A stretch of DNA of 63,855 bases, filler included, from Choristocarpus tenellus KU-1152 (Eukaryota; Protista; Phaeophyceae), in assembly GCA_964200185.2 (NCBI GenBank). It is 9 parts of 9 records of this genome, joined end to end, with 100 filler letters (N's around TTAATTAATTAA, not from the genome) between each part and the next. Parts side by side here need not be neighbours in the genome. Positions count along the whole stretch, not along the records: positions 36,773 to 41,479 come from CAXNAD020013386.1; positions 41,580 to 44,252 come from CAXNAD020025757.1; positions 44,353 to 48,519 come from CAXNAD020015881.1; positions 48,620 to 52,727 come from CAXNAD020016162.1; 5 more parts are not named here. One strand, written 5' to 3'. Positions 36,773 to 49,519 of this stretch are shown here, piece by piece. Made by a program: the position numbers and the translations under genes. How positions within the stretch are numbered: position 1 is the stretch's first letter; each line of letters starts with the position of its first letter. Below the pieces are notes generated by a model. The model was not told the origin of the DNA, did no database searches, and saw only the letters and a list, made by a program, of their open reading frames with translations.

Positions 36773-39700
36773 TCAACCCAAAGCCACACCTGTTATATTC
36801 CCAAAGTTGTCCATGAGCGTCACGAAAGGTTGTCTTATGTTTGTCTACCTCTGCAATTTCTAGTTGAAAGAATCCTGATGCTAAATCTATGGCAGTAAAA
36901 TAGCTAGAACCCTTAAGCTTATCAAAGATGCTGGTGATGTTTCCGAGACCTCCACTATCACTTCGCGAGAGGTCATTAAGCATCCTATAGTCTGTGCACA
37001 ACCTCAGGGTCCTATCTTTCTTATGTACTGCTACTACTGCTGCTACCCGTGCTAAGTTAGAGGGTCTGATAATACCACGTTCCTGTACCTGCTTGACCTC
37101 GGCTTGAATCATCTGCGTTTCTTCAGGGGAAAAGCACCTTTGTTTCGCTACATAGGGTGTACAGTTCTCGTCTAATAGTGGTATATGTAGTACTCCTCTA
37201 GAGCATGGGAGAACTCGTTTGGGGTCTTCAGGGAATACCCCTAAATTTATAAATTCTTCCGACAATTCCACCAACTGTTTCTTCTGCCCTGGTGTCAGCT
37301 GTCCCATATTGGCATCACTGAGGCTCACCGATTGATGTCGGACTCCCGTGGCTTCACCTGAAGGGGTGTCTTCTTCTTCTGCTACCGGGCAGTCACCAGT
37401 CTCGTCTGCTTCTGAGGAATGCCTTGTCTGAAAACCAGTCTTGGCAGGCAGAACCTGTGCTTTTTGAGGGTCTTCGGGGAAATGGGCTAGTGACTGAAAG
37501 AGTGCAACCACCCTTTCTGTGTCCTTAGTATTCAGAGCAATCGCCTTTGCAACCGGCAGCCCTGCCTGGATACTACTGGGCTTGCTGCACGTATTTACTA
37601 GCTTGCAATAAATAGGGGTTCCTGGGTTCCACCATTGTACACCTCTGGCCACTCCGACAGCATTCCCTAATTCCATGTTATACTCTGATAAGGGTTCAAT
37701 CATCACCAACTGTCTGGACTGTGGTTGTGCCCCCTTGACAAATCCTTTGCAGACTTTGCTGACAAACCCTTCTACATGTTCTTCTTCTGACAGACGCAAT
37801 TCCCATTGCAGAGTCCCATCATCTTCCCACGCTACCTCTACCGAAAGGGGTACTACACCTGGACTCTCCAATGGTTGGGTCAGGGGATCCTTGTCTTGGG
37901 CAAGAACTATCATGGCAATACCGGCCTCTAGATCCATATCCTGGGTGCCTGCTTCTGGGTCTACATCAAAAAAAGTTGCATGTTCCTTTTCTGGTGGTGT
38001 ATACTCACCAGTTAGAGTAATAGTGCATCTTGGAAGTCTAGGGACTGTGTTAGGGGGGGGTTCTCTACATTCAGCAGATCTGGGCTTATTGGGAGACAGT
38101 CTGTGGTACTTGGATGGTCGGGTTGTGAGAGTCATTGATGCTTGCCATTCTCCTAGGGCTGACAGGGTGCATTGTTATCACGAGGTCGGGGTGTTACAGC
38201 TCGAACAAAAGGTATCCATGGTGAATTTGGAGCTGGTCGAAAGCCTTCCCCCTCTCGAAATGACAGTGTGCTCTTGTTCTGCCTACAGAATGCGGCTCCC
38301 AGAGAACCTCCCGTAAGGTAAGCCTTCCACTACTCGAAATGTCACATTGTGGACTCTATCCTCTGGGGGAAACAGTATTGGCAGTATGCAGGATCCTAGT
38401 ACCTGCATAGGTGGAATACTGCACCCTTTCGGGTTTGCCGCATGCAACGTTCCCTTACCAGTTTGGTTAAGGTGTGGTATGCCGGTGCTACCTCCCCATA
38501 GAGTAGTACTGCGCCAGAAAGTAGACGAGATGTAGTTCCCACCTCCTGCACCTGTGTCAAGGAGTATCTGTACGGGCATTCTCGAGCGGACCTTGCGAGG
38601 GTGCCACAGCAGTGCAGATAGCCATACTTGACTAGTTCGTTGGGCAGCTAACATAGTGGATATGTTAAGTTCGAGGCAGGTGTGGGGATCATGCTTCCTA
38701 TGGTTACAGTGCCTAAGTTCCCTGGAGCTGAAGACTCCAGGGCGCACCTTCAGGGCAACTCGGTAACTTCAGAATCGGTCAAGCTGCTTGCAAATGGTGA
38801 CGGAAACTCAAAATCTTGCATCGCGGCGAGGTAGTGCAAATGGGAATCGGTCAAGGCTACCATCGTATGTGACTCGTTCGCTGAGGTGGTACTTGGCTTA
38901 TCTTGGGACAGATATGCAAAGTAGCCCTTAGGTACTAGGAGTCGTTGCGAGTATACTTGCACCTGCAGCTGATAGACTTGAAGCATTCGCGACCAAAGGC
39001 ATGATGGAAACAAACTCGATGTGCCTTGAGCCACTCGACAACCTCATCTTGGGAAGCAGATGGCGAAGGTAAATCCTTACCCGAATGGTGTCAACCTGCA
39101 TCTCTCGCTCTGTCTGTGGTTATAGAGGACGTGGATCGGGGCACAGACTGGGTGGCGGGTGTTGCTAGGCGAACGTGCGCGGATGCATTGCTCTTCGAAA
39201 CGAACGTGGTACCATGTTTCCCAGGAGCAGAGGCAGGTTGGTTTGTCAACGCAGCACAGACAATGGGCACGGGGTTTTGGGAAAAAGCAGGTTGGAGCAT
39301 AGGTGCGAGGGCCGCCAGCACACTGTTGACCACTTCTTGGTGTGGTGATGGAGTCTGGCTTGGCACCTCCAGTGGCAAGGATGTCCAGCTATGTTGAGGT
39401 AATTCTAGTTCCTGTCTGTCTGCCTATCGGGGTGTCAACTGGGGCAGACAAAGGGTCGGATATGCTTGCAAGGATAGCACGAGCGTTAGCCATGCTACCT
39501 AAAGCAGTAGGTGTCCTATCTTTAGACGACGCAGGTTTTGTAGCATTTTGATTGGTTGGGAAAAATGCGTACCGCTACGATTGGACAATTCTTCGATAAG
39601 ATCGTCAAAGATCCGCTCTGCTTTAATTCCCCGCTGTACCATTTCATCTCCTAAAGGATTATTCTGGGAAATTGCCAGTGGGCGAATTTGGTTCCGAATC

Positions 39701-41479
39701 TCCTTTCGAAATGAAAATGCCATTGACTGTACTCCAATCTGATCTAGAACATTGGGAAGAAGGATAGGAAGAGCTCGTTCGCAAAGATCAATGAGTTGAT
39801 CTTCAGCTATATACCTCCAAAAGAAAGTTGTCTCGCAAACATGAGGCATCCGCGAATCTACGGTGTATGCTCGATAATGCAAGGCAAGTCTGTTGGCTGC
39901 AGCATTCCACTATTCCCCTCTCTCGGTCCTTAAAGAACTCATTGCATTCTTTACGGCATTTTTTGACTGACTATACGAAAGGGTGCATTCTCTCACCAGG
40001 ATACGGACCCTCTCGGTCACTGTCATGTCTTCCCGAGGAACCTGAAGGAAGTGTCCGGTGACGCTCGGGACTTCCACTGTCGATGAGTCGCTTAGGAGAT
40101 CACTGTGGGTCCTAAGAGAGTCAGACAGTAGTTGCTCAAGAAGATCGATGCAGAAAGGGGTAAGGGCATCACTACGTGGACGTGATGTATTGCGATAGTG
40201 GACACGATCTTTGGGTAAGGCCCATGATCCTCCTTGAACCCTCCCTAAAGTCTTGGTAAGAGCGTCAGCGAAAAAAACGGGGTTGTTTGACATGGTTGGG
40301 GCGGAGTTATGAGCCAAAGTATCTTACAGGGTAGAGCCGCGTCCATTTGGGGGTCAAAATTCAATGTTGCAATTTCGAGGTAATTTTGGCTATCGTGTTT
40401 GTTAGGAAGTGTCAATATCCTTGTTCCGGACACACCTTTTTATAACGTACGCATTTTACCTACTCCGAAATTATTTTGGAGCGGAAAATGTCCTAAAAAA
40501 CCCGAGGGAAGCCAAGCCCCAAATGGACAAACAGGGCAAAACTCGTACCCTCTAAGATACTTTCACTCTTATCTGCAGGTACTCCAAGAAAGACGGGGCC
40601 GTGGGCAGGGTCTCCGAGTTTCCTATGAATGCGTTCCATGGTTTTAACACAATCTTGGTCATAACGCATATCGAGGTTGCACTCTTGCCTATCGGGTCGT
40701 GACTCAAGCGACTCGGCTCAAGTACGCAACTCATGAATCTCTCTTCACAACTCTGCCCCAACCTCTCTGGACCGACGTACCGTACTCAAGCTATTCCTTC
40801 GTGATTGTCTGGGTGATACAGACCTGTGTGGAGAAGAATAATCACTGGTCTGACGGTGACGATGCGGTGAACGGGTGCGGCCTCTGCGTTCTTCTCTGGT
40901 CCGACATCCATGTCGATGAGAGTGTCTGTCCCAGGATCTCACCTGGAGCGGGATCTGCCACGAGTTGAACGCGCTCTCTGCGCCTGTCTCGACGTTCAGT
41001 AGCGTGGACACGACTGCGACCAGAATTGCCTTGAGTTGCAGTACTGGGCTGGAGTCTCTCGGAATCATCAATTCCTTGGAGAGTCTGTGGGTCGGAGGCG
41101 ACCTCAGCTTCTTGCGAATACTGGGAGCTAGACATGTCTGTAAACCTGGGGAGCAAAATGGCAAGATGGCAACCAAAAGCGAGTAATAATGTTTGAGTAA
41201 AGGAACGCAGAACAATTGACCACCTAGGCAACGACTTGACCATGGTGGTCAAAGACTACGCATTTTATGACTATAGACGAGTGATGTGGCAATCAGAGGT
41301 CACTCGATCTATGGCTAGAGAAGGGCGATTCCCTCAGAGCCACCCAAGCTCTCAGATCAATTAGATGACCAGCCCAGGGAGGGAAGTCTGTAGACGACGA
41401 ATGCAGACCTCAAACCCAGGTAGGGCCAGAAACCAACCCAGGTGGAACTAGAAAACAATCCTATGTGTTAGGGTGAACA
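36773..41479 (-). mobile_element. Ty3/Gypsy LTR retrotransposon, degenerate (partial LTR/leader, gag, aspartic protease, N-terminal RT); both ends cut by gaps
   Basis: Protease VQILLDTGAGGG; RT motifs GIIRPS, LRLCTDYRMLN, YFTAIDLASGFFQL, KHKTTF, WEYNRCGFGL; PR followed by RT with no intervening integrase is Gypsy order. Confidence 0.95.
40311..40568. mobile_element. MITE family A (Sola-like) inserted in gag, with 4-bp TSD TTAT
   Basis: TTAT|GAGCCAAAGTATCTT...AAGATACTTTCACTC|TTAT; the paralogous Gypsy copy has the empty site (single ATAA at 26874-26877). Confidence 0.92.
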
Positions 41480-42339
41480 NNNNNNNNNNNNNNNNNNNNN
41501 NNNNNNNNNNNNNNNNNNNNNNNTTAATTAATTAANNNNNNNNNNNNNNNNNNNNNNNNNNNNNNNNNNNNNNNNNNNNATGCTCCATCCTCAATTTTGG
41601 TGAGATCGTGTTAATGGTGTATTATATATACGCCATGTAGTAGTATGCTATATACTGCGGAGTATTCGGTAAGATTATAGTAGGTATTGCCAGATAGGCA
41701 CAAACCAATGAAAATACGCAACTATTATGCCGTCCCCCTTCACTTTACCTACTAACTGTTGTAGCAGCAGCTGCAGTTGTAGTAATAGTAGTAGCAGTAT
41801 ATGTATCGATACACCTCGCCCCTACCAACCTATCTCCGAAGTTATTTGAAGATATTGAAAAACCCACAAAATTATTTCATACCTTTTCGTTCGAGTCTTC
41901 TTTCGGAAAACCGTGAAAAAAGAAACTAGAAATTATTTGCCCACGCTATGTGGGTTCATCTCTTTCATGAGGCCATTCAAAGAAACCAGATGCTTACAAC
42001 ACAAACGATGGAGGCAAAGACTGTCATCGTTCACTCTCCTTTCATGTTTATGTGAAGCAATTAGTTGTTACGATGGCTTTTCTCTCAACCAAAACCACCA
42101 ATAATAGTGTTAGTCGTAGCAGCAATTCGTTTATACTGGAGAACATAATATACATTTTTATAGTTGAATGTTATGTCACCCGTGATTAAACAGATCTGAA
42201 ACAGAGGCGTACCATCTCCTGAACGTATATTGCGTCAGTTGGACGCAGTGCGAATGGAAGTAATTCAGTGTACATACCATCCTAAGACAACTATTCTGTT
42301 CATCTCTAATCATTCTTGTTATTTATGTCCTTCCAAACT

Positions 42340-43380
42340 TGGGGGGAGGAAGCACTATCCGTCAGTCAGCTCTCGTACAACATGTTGGTTGAGAGATCTA
42401 TCAGATCAATCATACTCCCCCCCTCCTTCCTCTTCAATCCCAACAACAAAAAAACACGACACACACAGTACTATTGATCATCTGTCTCATAACTCTCATC
42501 ACCTCATCACTCAAATCCTAAGGTAAGGAAGGAAATCCTGACTGAGATCAACTGTATGTCCCCCAAAGCAACACATGTACCTACATTTGTCTTTCAACAA
42601 ACAAGCTGGCATGCTCGCACACACAAACACATTTACGTTCATACACCCTAAAGGAGTGCAAAGGGACTCACTCAAACACAAAACACATACACACACATAG
42701 ACACAAATACGCGCTCGAAATCACATACAACCAATCACAACCAACACATACCAACAAATACAAGGAGTGTAGTAGATATGTATGGGACAGCCCACATCAC
42801 CCTTGGCCACACTCTGAGGCAGGTCTGACCAAGGTAAGCACTGGTGTAACAAGGCAACTGCAGAATGAATAGGACTCAAAGTGGCATAATACATCTATTT
42901 GCAAAGTATACAAGTCACCACTAAATCACCGTGGTGATCAACCCTCCTTGTATACACCATGCATCCCTCAAAGAGTCCCAATGAGTGCCAAGATATCGCC
43001 TGCACATCCAACATCCAACAAAGGTCAATCGCTTTACATACGACCAGAACTCATCACCAAGTAACAAACACTCCTCAAATTAAACAAACCTGAAGGCAGG
43101 GGCCACCACCTTCCTTCACTATCCTTCCTTCCCCTTCACAAAATAATACACAGGCAGGAGCAAACCCTATATGGGGAGAATTAAGAGCAGACTTCCAAAG
43201 CCTATTCAGAAACTGAATCCTCAACACATGGTCCTCGGTTCCATGGACACTATCCATGCTACTGTTCCTACCAAGCAACAACCACTAATAACACCGATAT
43301 TGTGAGATAGTACTTACTCTTGAAGCAGCGGCCTAATACAAGAGCAGCCAAGGATCATGGAACGATACACCAGGGACAGG
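42340..43380 (-). CDS. Probable 3' exons of an unidentified gene
   Basis: Several short segments bounded by yAG/GT (e.g. ~43268-43091, RNSSMDSVHGTEDHVLRIQFLNRLWKS..GGGPCLQ); no recognisable domain and no complete model. Confidence 0.3.
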
Positions 43381-44163
43381 TTGTATTACCACGAAAAAAG
43401 AGTACTTAAATGTCAAAAGCTGTTCTCTTGAAAAAAAGGCACCACCCGTTGCCCCCATCTCACTCCAACATATTATCCAACAATAATAGTAAGCAGAGGG
43501 AGTAAAAAGAGATAGAAGCCTACTAGGGCCTACCCCCAAAATCACCCACAGGCAACACGCGGTCAGGCAGGCACACACACACACTCACACACACAGGCAT
43601 GCACCATGCAGTCGACTCTGCCGAACAAACCAGACCTGGTACGATAAAACGATATCTACGCACGATAGATTGGTGTAACTGTCACAATTGAGTTAATAAT
43701 AGGCATCACGTATCTACCCAGCAACCTAGCTTTTACACACAAATTTCGTACAGCCTCCCACTAGCAACCAGGGAGTGGAATGCCTTTTTCTCGCTCACAG
43801 ACACGTGCGTTCCACACTCACACACATCATACTTCAAACCTCAGAAGAGGCAAAGCGACAAGACACTCCCATGCAACCCAAGAACAATTTAGTCTCCATC
43901 CCTCCTCCCTATTGGCTCCAACCATTCACAGAAACATCCAATACCATACTTCTTGTATTCCTGAAAGCCTGGCTGGCGTTCGCAGGACACTACAGTCAAA
44001 TTGGAAAAAAATGCATGTGGGTAGCACTGCCATCAAGAAGAGAGAGCTATATCTGTCAATGGGCCACATCATGCCATCACCCAGAAATTATGGGCAATGG
44101 CAGCAGTGAACTCATTCCGTATCACCCACACAACAGTTATTGTACAAAATATTCCTTTGCCTA

Positions 44164-44200
<37 letters not shown>

Positions 44201-44352
44201 TTCCCCTTTTCCTTCCCCCCCCCCCCCCCTCCCTACCTCTCCGACTTCAAAANNNNNNNNNNNNNNNNNNNNNNNNNNNNNNNNNNNNNNNNNNNNTTAA
44301 TTAATTAANNNNNNNNNNNNNNNNNNNNNNNNNNNNNNNNNNNNNNNNNNNN

Positions 44353-47050
44353 ATCCCCGTGAACATTGGAGTCCAGGACCGGCTATCCTGAGTATCGCAA
44401 TGGCGGTGAGAGGATAGGGGGTCATCCTGGGAGAGCAGTATGTATGTACGCGAAAATATCGTTTTCTTTCCTCTTGGCCATTTTGACTCCAATAGTATGA
44501 CAATCTAAGTAGTACACTGAGGGTCCATGCACATCCCTCGCACACACTGAACAATCCCACTCCAGGCTATTGTGTAAGAATCTACTTCTGTTATCCAGAG
44601 TTGAAGTAAATTTTAGAGCTCGCAGCGCTCACTCTAGAATATTGGTATGGAGATAAAAGTCTACTAAAGAAATATGGAGTTATTGAATCATATATTGAGA
44701 GCTACCACACCAGAACAATAATACGTGCCACCCTGATCCAGTCACCAGCTTCACCTGTAGGTTCCAAGTAATGCCTACTACTCTGGAGAGTTTTGAAGTA
44801 GAATGAAAGAGCAGCAGTCGTGTTAGTAATATGCAACACCTTCATTACACGAAGAAAAATAATGTCTGTGAAGAGAGTTCTACGACCCAGGGAGAAATGT
44901 ATACCTCCACAATATCCACCACTCATACAGGTACAGATTCACAACGAAACCACAAACAGAATGTCGCCCTGTAGATTTCTTAGCTCATACCTCGTACAAA
45001 CAATCATCCTCTCTCCCCAACACACCTCAGAAGGTCATGGTAGTGTGGGTCTTTCCCCCCCCAAGGCTAGTCACAGCGATCAGTTTCTGTCTGGATCCAT
45101 AGTGGGTAGAAGTCTCCAGGATCACCTGGAAGTCCTTGACAAAATCACGGTCTCTCTTCCTCAAGTTCAGGTCTTTGGGGTCAGTAGTGGGTCGAAAGGT
45201 ATTTTGTTGCCCTGTATGATTCTGTGGGGCCGCCACTGCTTGTGCTGCGGCAGCAAGTGCAGCTTGTACCTGAGTGATTCAGTGATCGAGGAGGAATCAG
45301 ATATTGTTATGGTATCAAGGTATCGGTGCAACGTACAGGCCAATCAATCAATGTAGGTATTGCTTCTCTACCATGTCCGAATTTTGGTAGATACTAATGT
45401 AATGTAACAGACACTGCGTGGACGGACCCATGGGGCCTCCTCTGCTTGCTTGAGGAGTTTGGTCTTCTCTATCTCCACCTTGTCTGCGGTGGCCCTCTGA
45501 ATGGCAGCCCTCCACACTCTGTGGGTGGATGCAATGTAGACACTGAGCTTTCACACACGATCAGTCTCTTGTGCAGCTTTGAGCCTCTTCCTCCTCGAAT
45601 CGGTTTCTGTAGCTAACACAACTGCGGCCTTCCACACCTTATCGGCGTGGGAAATACAACAGAGGAGGGGCCAGAGTGGCAGAGGTTGGCGCTGCACCAG
45701 GCCCGACTAGTACATATACCAACCTCTGCCGCTCAGGCACCTTCTCCGTTATATTGCCCACGTTGATAAGGCGTGGAAGGCGGCAGTTGTGCGAGCTACA
45801 GAGACAGAGACGAGGAGGAAGAGGCTCGAAGCAGCACAAGAGGCTGATCGTGCGAGAAAGCTTAGTGCCTACGTTGCCTTCACCCACACAGTGTGGAAGG
45901 CTGCCATTCAGAGGGCCACGACAAAAAAGGTGGAGATAGGGAAGGTCAAACTCCCCAAGCAGGCTGCACGGGTCAGTCAACGCAGTATCTGCTACATTAC
46001 ATTAGTATCTACCAAAATTCGGACATGGTAGAGAAGCAATACCTAAATTGATCGATTGGCCTGTACGTTGCACCACCAAGCTAACACGATACCCTGATAC
46101 CATAACAATATCTGATTCCTCCTCGGTCACTGAATCACTCAGGTACAAGCTGCACTTGCTGCCGCAGAACAAGCAGTAGCGGCAGCACAGAATCCTGCAG
46201 GGCAACAGGATAACTTTCGATATATTGCTAACCCTGCCAACCTGAACTTCAGGAAGAGAGACCGTGATGTTGTCGAGGGCTTCCAGGTGATCCTGGAGAC
46301 CTCTGTGCACTATGGATCCAGACAGAAACTGATCGCTGTGCCTAGCCTTGGGGGGGGATGACCCACACTACCGTGGCCTTCTGAAGTGTGTTGGGAAGAA
46401 AGGATGATTGTTTGTACGAGGTATGAGCTAAGAAATCTACAGGGCGACATTCTATTTGTGGTTGTGCAGTGAATCTGTACCTGTATGAGTGGTGGATATT
46501 GTGGAGGTATACCTTTCCCCCTGGGTCGTGTTAGAACTCTCTTCACAGACATTATTTTTCGTGTAATGAAGGTGTTGCATATTACTAACACGACTGCTGC
46601 TCTTTTGTTTTACTTCAAAACTCTCCAGAGTAGTAGGCATTACTTGGAACCTACAGGTGAAGCTGGTGACTGGATCAGGGTGGTAAGTATTGTTCTGGTG
46701 TGGTAGCCTCGGTATATGATTCAATAACTCCATATTTCTTTAGTAGACTTTTATCTCCATACCAATATTCTAGAGTGAGTTTTGTGAGCTCTAAAATTTA
46801 CTTCAACTCTGGATAACAGAAGTAGATTCTTACACAGTAGCCTGGAGTGGGATTGTTCAGTGTGTGCGAGGGATGTGTATGGACCCTCGGTGTACTACTT
46901 AGATTGTCATACTATTGGAGTCAAAATGGCCAAGAGGAAAAGAAAACGATATTTTCACATACATACTGCTCTCCCAGGATGACCCCCAACCCCTCACTGT
47001 CATTGCGATACTCAGGATAGCCGGTCCTGGACTCCAATGTTCACGGGGAT
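44353..47050. repeat. Giant imperfect palindrome: arms 44353-45689 and 45719-47050, centre 29 nt or less
   Basis: ATCCCCGTGAACATTGGAG (44353) is the reverse complement of ...CTCCAATGTTCACGGGGAT (47050); mirrored ORFs in the track (44820+/46591-, 44926-/46485+); pairing continues to GGCAGAGGTTGG / CCAACCTCTGCC at the centre. Confidence 0.97.
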
Positions 47051-48257
47051 GTGGGGCTAGAGCTACTTCCTGACGCTGCCCAGACAACTCAGTGGGCAGT
47101 GACACATGTTTACTCTACACTGGTTGGTTGATGGTGGTACCCAGCCACTAGTTGTCGAAAGCTTGTTTCTGTGCGACGTGTGAATGGTGAAGGCTTGTAA
47201 GAGGCAGGGGTGGAGTTAGGGGCGGTAACAAGAGGAGAGTCCAGAGAATAAAATAAATATATATATTAGAATATACATGCAAACAGATAACTAGAAGAGA
47301 GAGCCACAAGAAGGGAAAGGCACAGGCCATCACAAGCCGACTGTATAGCAGAGTTAGAAAGTGAAACCTTTTTTTAGGGGGGGTCATAGGGGTGTGTGTG
47401 TGTGGGAGTGAGGATGGTGTGTACTATTGTTGTTTGGTGATGCAGTAGAGCTGCACACATGTGCCTGAAGTGGTGCATGTGTGTTGGTAATCACATTATA
47501 TCAAAGTAGACTTTAATCGATGTGAGGTTTTTATTTGGGGATGGACAGGGAGTGAAGGGGAAGGTAGGATGTGCATTGTAATAGAGTTCGGATTATGATG
47601 AATCATAGTGGCACGTGCCCCTGAAGCAGTGCCTTTGTCAAGAGGAGTGTTGTAGAGTGTACGGTATGACGATAGGAAATATTAGGCAAGACATCATTTG
47701 TTCTTGAGGGGGAGGACTTGGGCAAAAAGAGAGATTGTTTACGCTGGTAGTGTTTGTTTGTTTGTGTGACGAAAAAGTGGCAGATACCTGTCAAGTGTTA
47801 CATTAGTGAAGAGGGGAGTCAGTTACCTCAGGAAGATGAAACTGAGCACACCGGATGGGCCTTTGATTTTTCGTTGTAAAATAAACACATCAGAAGAAGA
47901 GCATGGGATGTCCCTCGCCCCCTCCCTCCTCCAAACCTCTGCAGTATGCTTTTCACCACCAACTAGTTCAAAAAAGAGAAGGAAAGATAAAAGGTGATGA
48001 TGAAGGTTCATCCACAGCACCGTGAAACCGGTTCTGTTATGTTAGCAGCTCCTCGTGTCCACCATCAGAGAGGACCAACTGAAACAGTTACAGCCTCTTC
48101 CTCCAGCGACCCTCGCCTCTGACACCTCAACACTATTTGACATCAAAAGTGTTTTCTTTTTCTTCTCCTTGCAGTTTTTACTTGAGCTGTAGCGATTTAA
48201 TACCTATAAATAATATTCCAAAGATAATTGACACAGTAGAAAATCAACAGGTTTAAT

Positions 48258-48519
48258 GAGCGAAAGTATCTTAGAGGGTACGAGTTTTGCCCTGTTTGTC
48301 CATCTGGGGCTTGGCTTCCCATGGGTTATTTTATGATATTTTCCCACTTCAAAAGTTTAGGGGTAATTAAAATGTATACTTTATGAAACGTGTGTCCAGA
48401 GTAAGGATATGGACACTTCCTAACCAACACGATGGCCAAAATAACATCAAAATAGTAACATTGACTTTTGGCCCCCCAAAGGCTCAAAGTGTCTTTGGGG
48501 GGGGGGGGTGGCGGCTGTC
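48258..48519. mobile_element. MITE family A copy (reverse orientation) running into a family B terminus
   Basis: GAGCGAAAGTATCTTAGAGGGTACGAG..., then GGCTCAAAGTGTCTTTGGGGG..GGCGGCTGTC at the contig end. Confidence 0.8.
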
Positions 48520-49519
48520 NNNNNNNNNNNNNNNNNNNNNNNNNNNNNNNNNNNNNNNNNNNNTTAATTAATTAANNNNNNNNNNNNNNNNNNNNNNNNN
48601 NNNNNNNNNNNNNNNNNNNGGCATTCGGAGTTCGAAGGTACTGGGGTTGAGACGTGGGCTCTTCCTAAATATGTGAGGGGGGGGGCTAGGGTTCGATCAT
48701 TCATGAATGGACATGATTTGGAAGTGAGCGACCAAAGGTGGTGCAAAAACGGCAACCTTATTGTGGCAAACGTTGAACACACGACGGCTCCAACGCTTAT
48801 CCGCAAGGCCCATAGTCTTCTACGCGACATATTTGGGTGCCGCATTAGATAGGTTCGGACTCGGGAAGAAAAAAAACGTCTCTACTGCATGCCAAGAGCG
48901 TGACTCTGCCGTTCGTTCTTGACAGATATGTTACGAAGTGTGTTCTATGCCAGATTCACCTCGATCTGGTAGCCGAAGTCTGTCGCCACCGTCTTCGTAA
49001 CGAAAACTGTCGCCTCATCGCGTCTCATTGCCTTTCCCTGAGGATTGACGGCCTCAGCAAAACATCGCTGCATCTCAATTGGGACGAGGGTCTGCCCCAA
49101 GGCTTCCGGCAAGCAGGAAGGGCCTATCACGCGTTCTTGAACGAGAGACGTGGATACCTGCAACATCATGTGCGTACATGCGATAGCCCAGCCATGTGGC
49201 ATTCAAGTGTTCTCCATGCGATAAGGTTACATCACATACGTAGGGGTTATTCCGGCGTTGGTTCAATATCTTGAGGTGTACAGCAGCACATTTGTTTTTT
49301 CGTGTGGGGAAGGAAGACATTACGATGTACCGACACTCACACACAAAGTCGTGGGGTCTCGTGATTTCCGTTTGTGGTGTGGGTCACCGCGTGCACCATG
49401 TTAGCAACGTGTAAACATGGACAAGGAAACATCACTACCACAACTGCACGCCCGACACCTATCTATAGCGAATGAAGACAGACAAGAAGTTGGAAAGAAA
49501 TGGAAAAAAGCCAGCACAC

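Noticed and set aside
44166-44229. Poly-proline ORF end
   Set aside because: A poly-C low-complexity tract at a contig end, and on a different contig from SCAR, so it cannot be called the SCAR proline-rich region.
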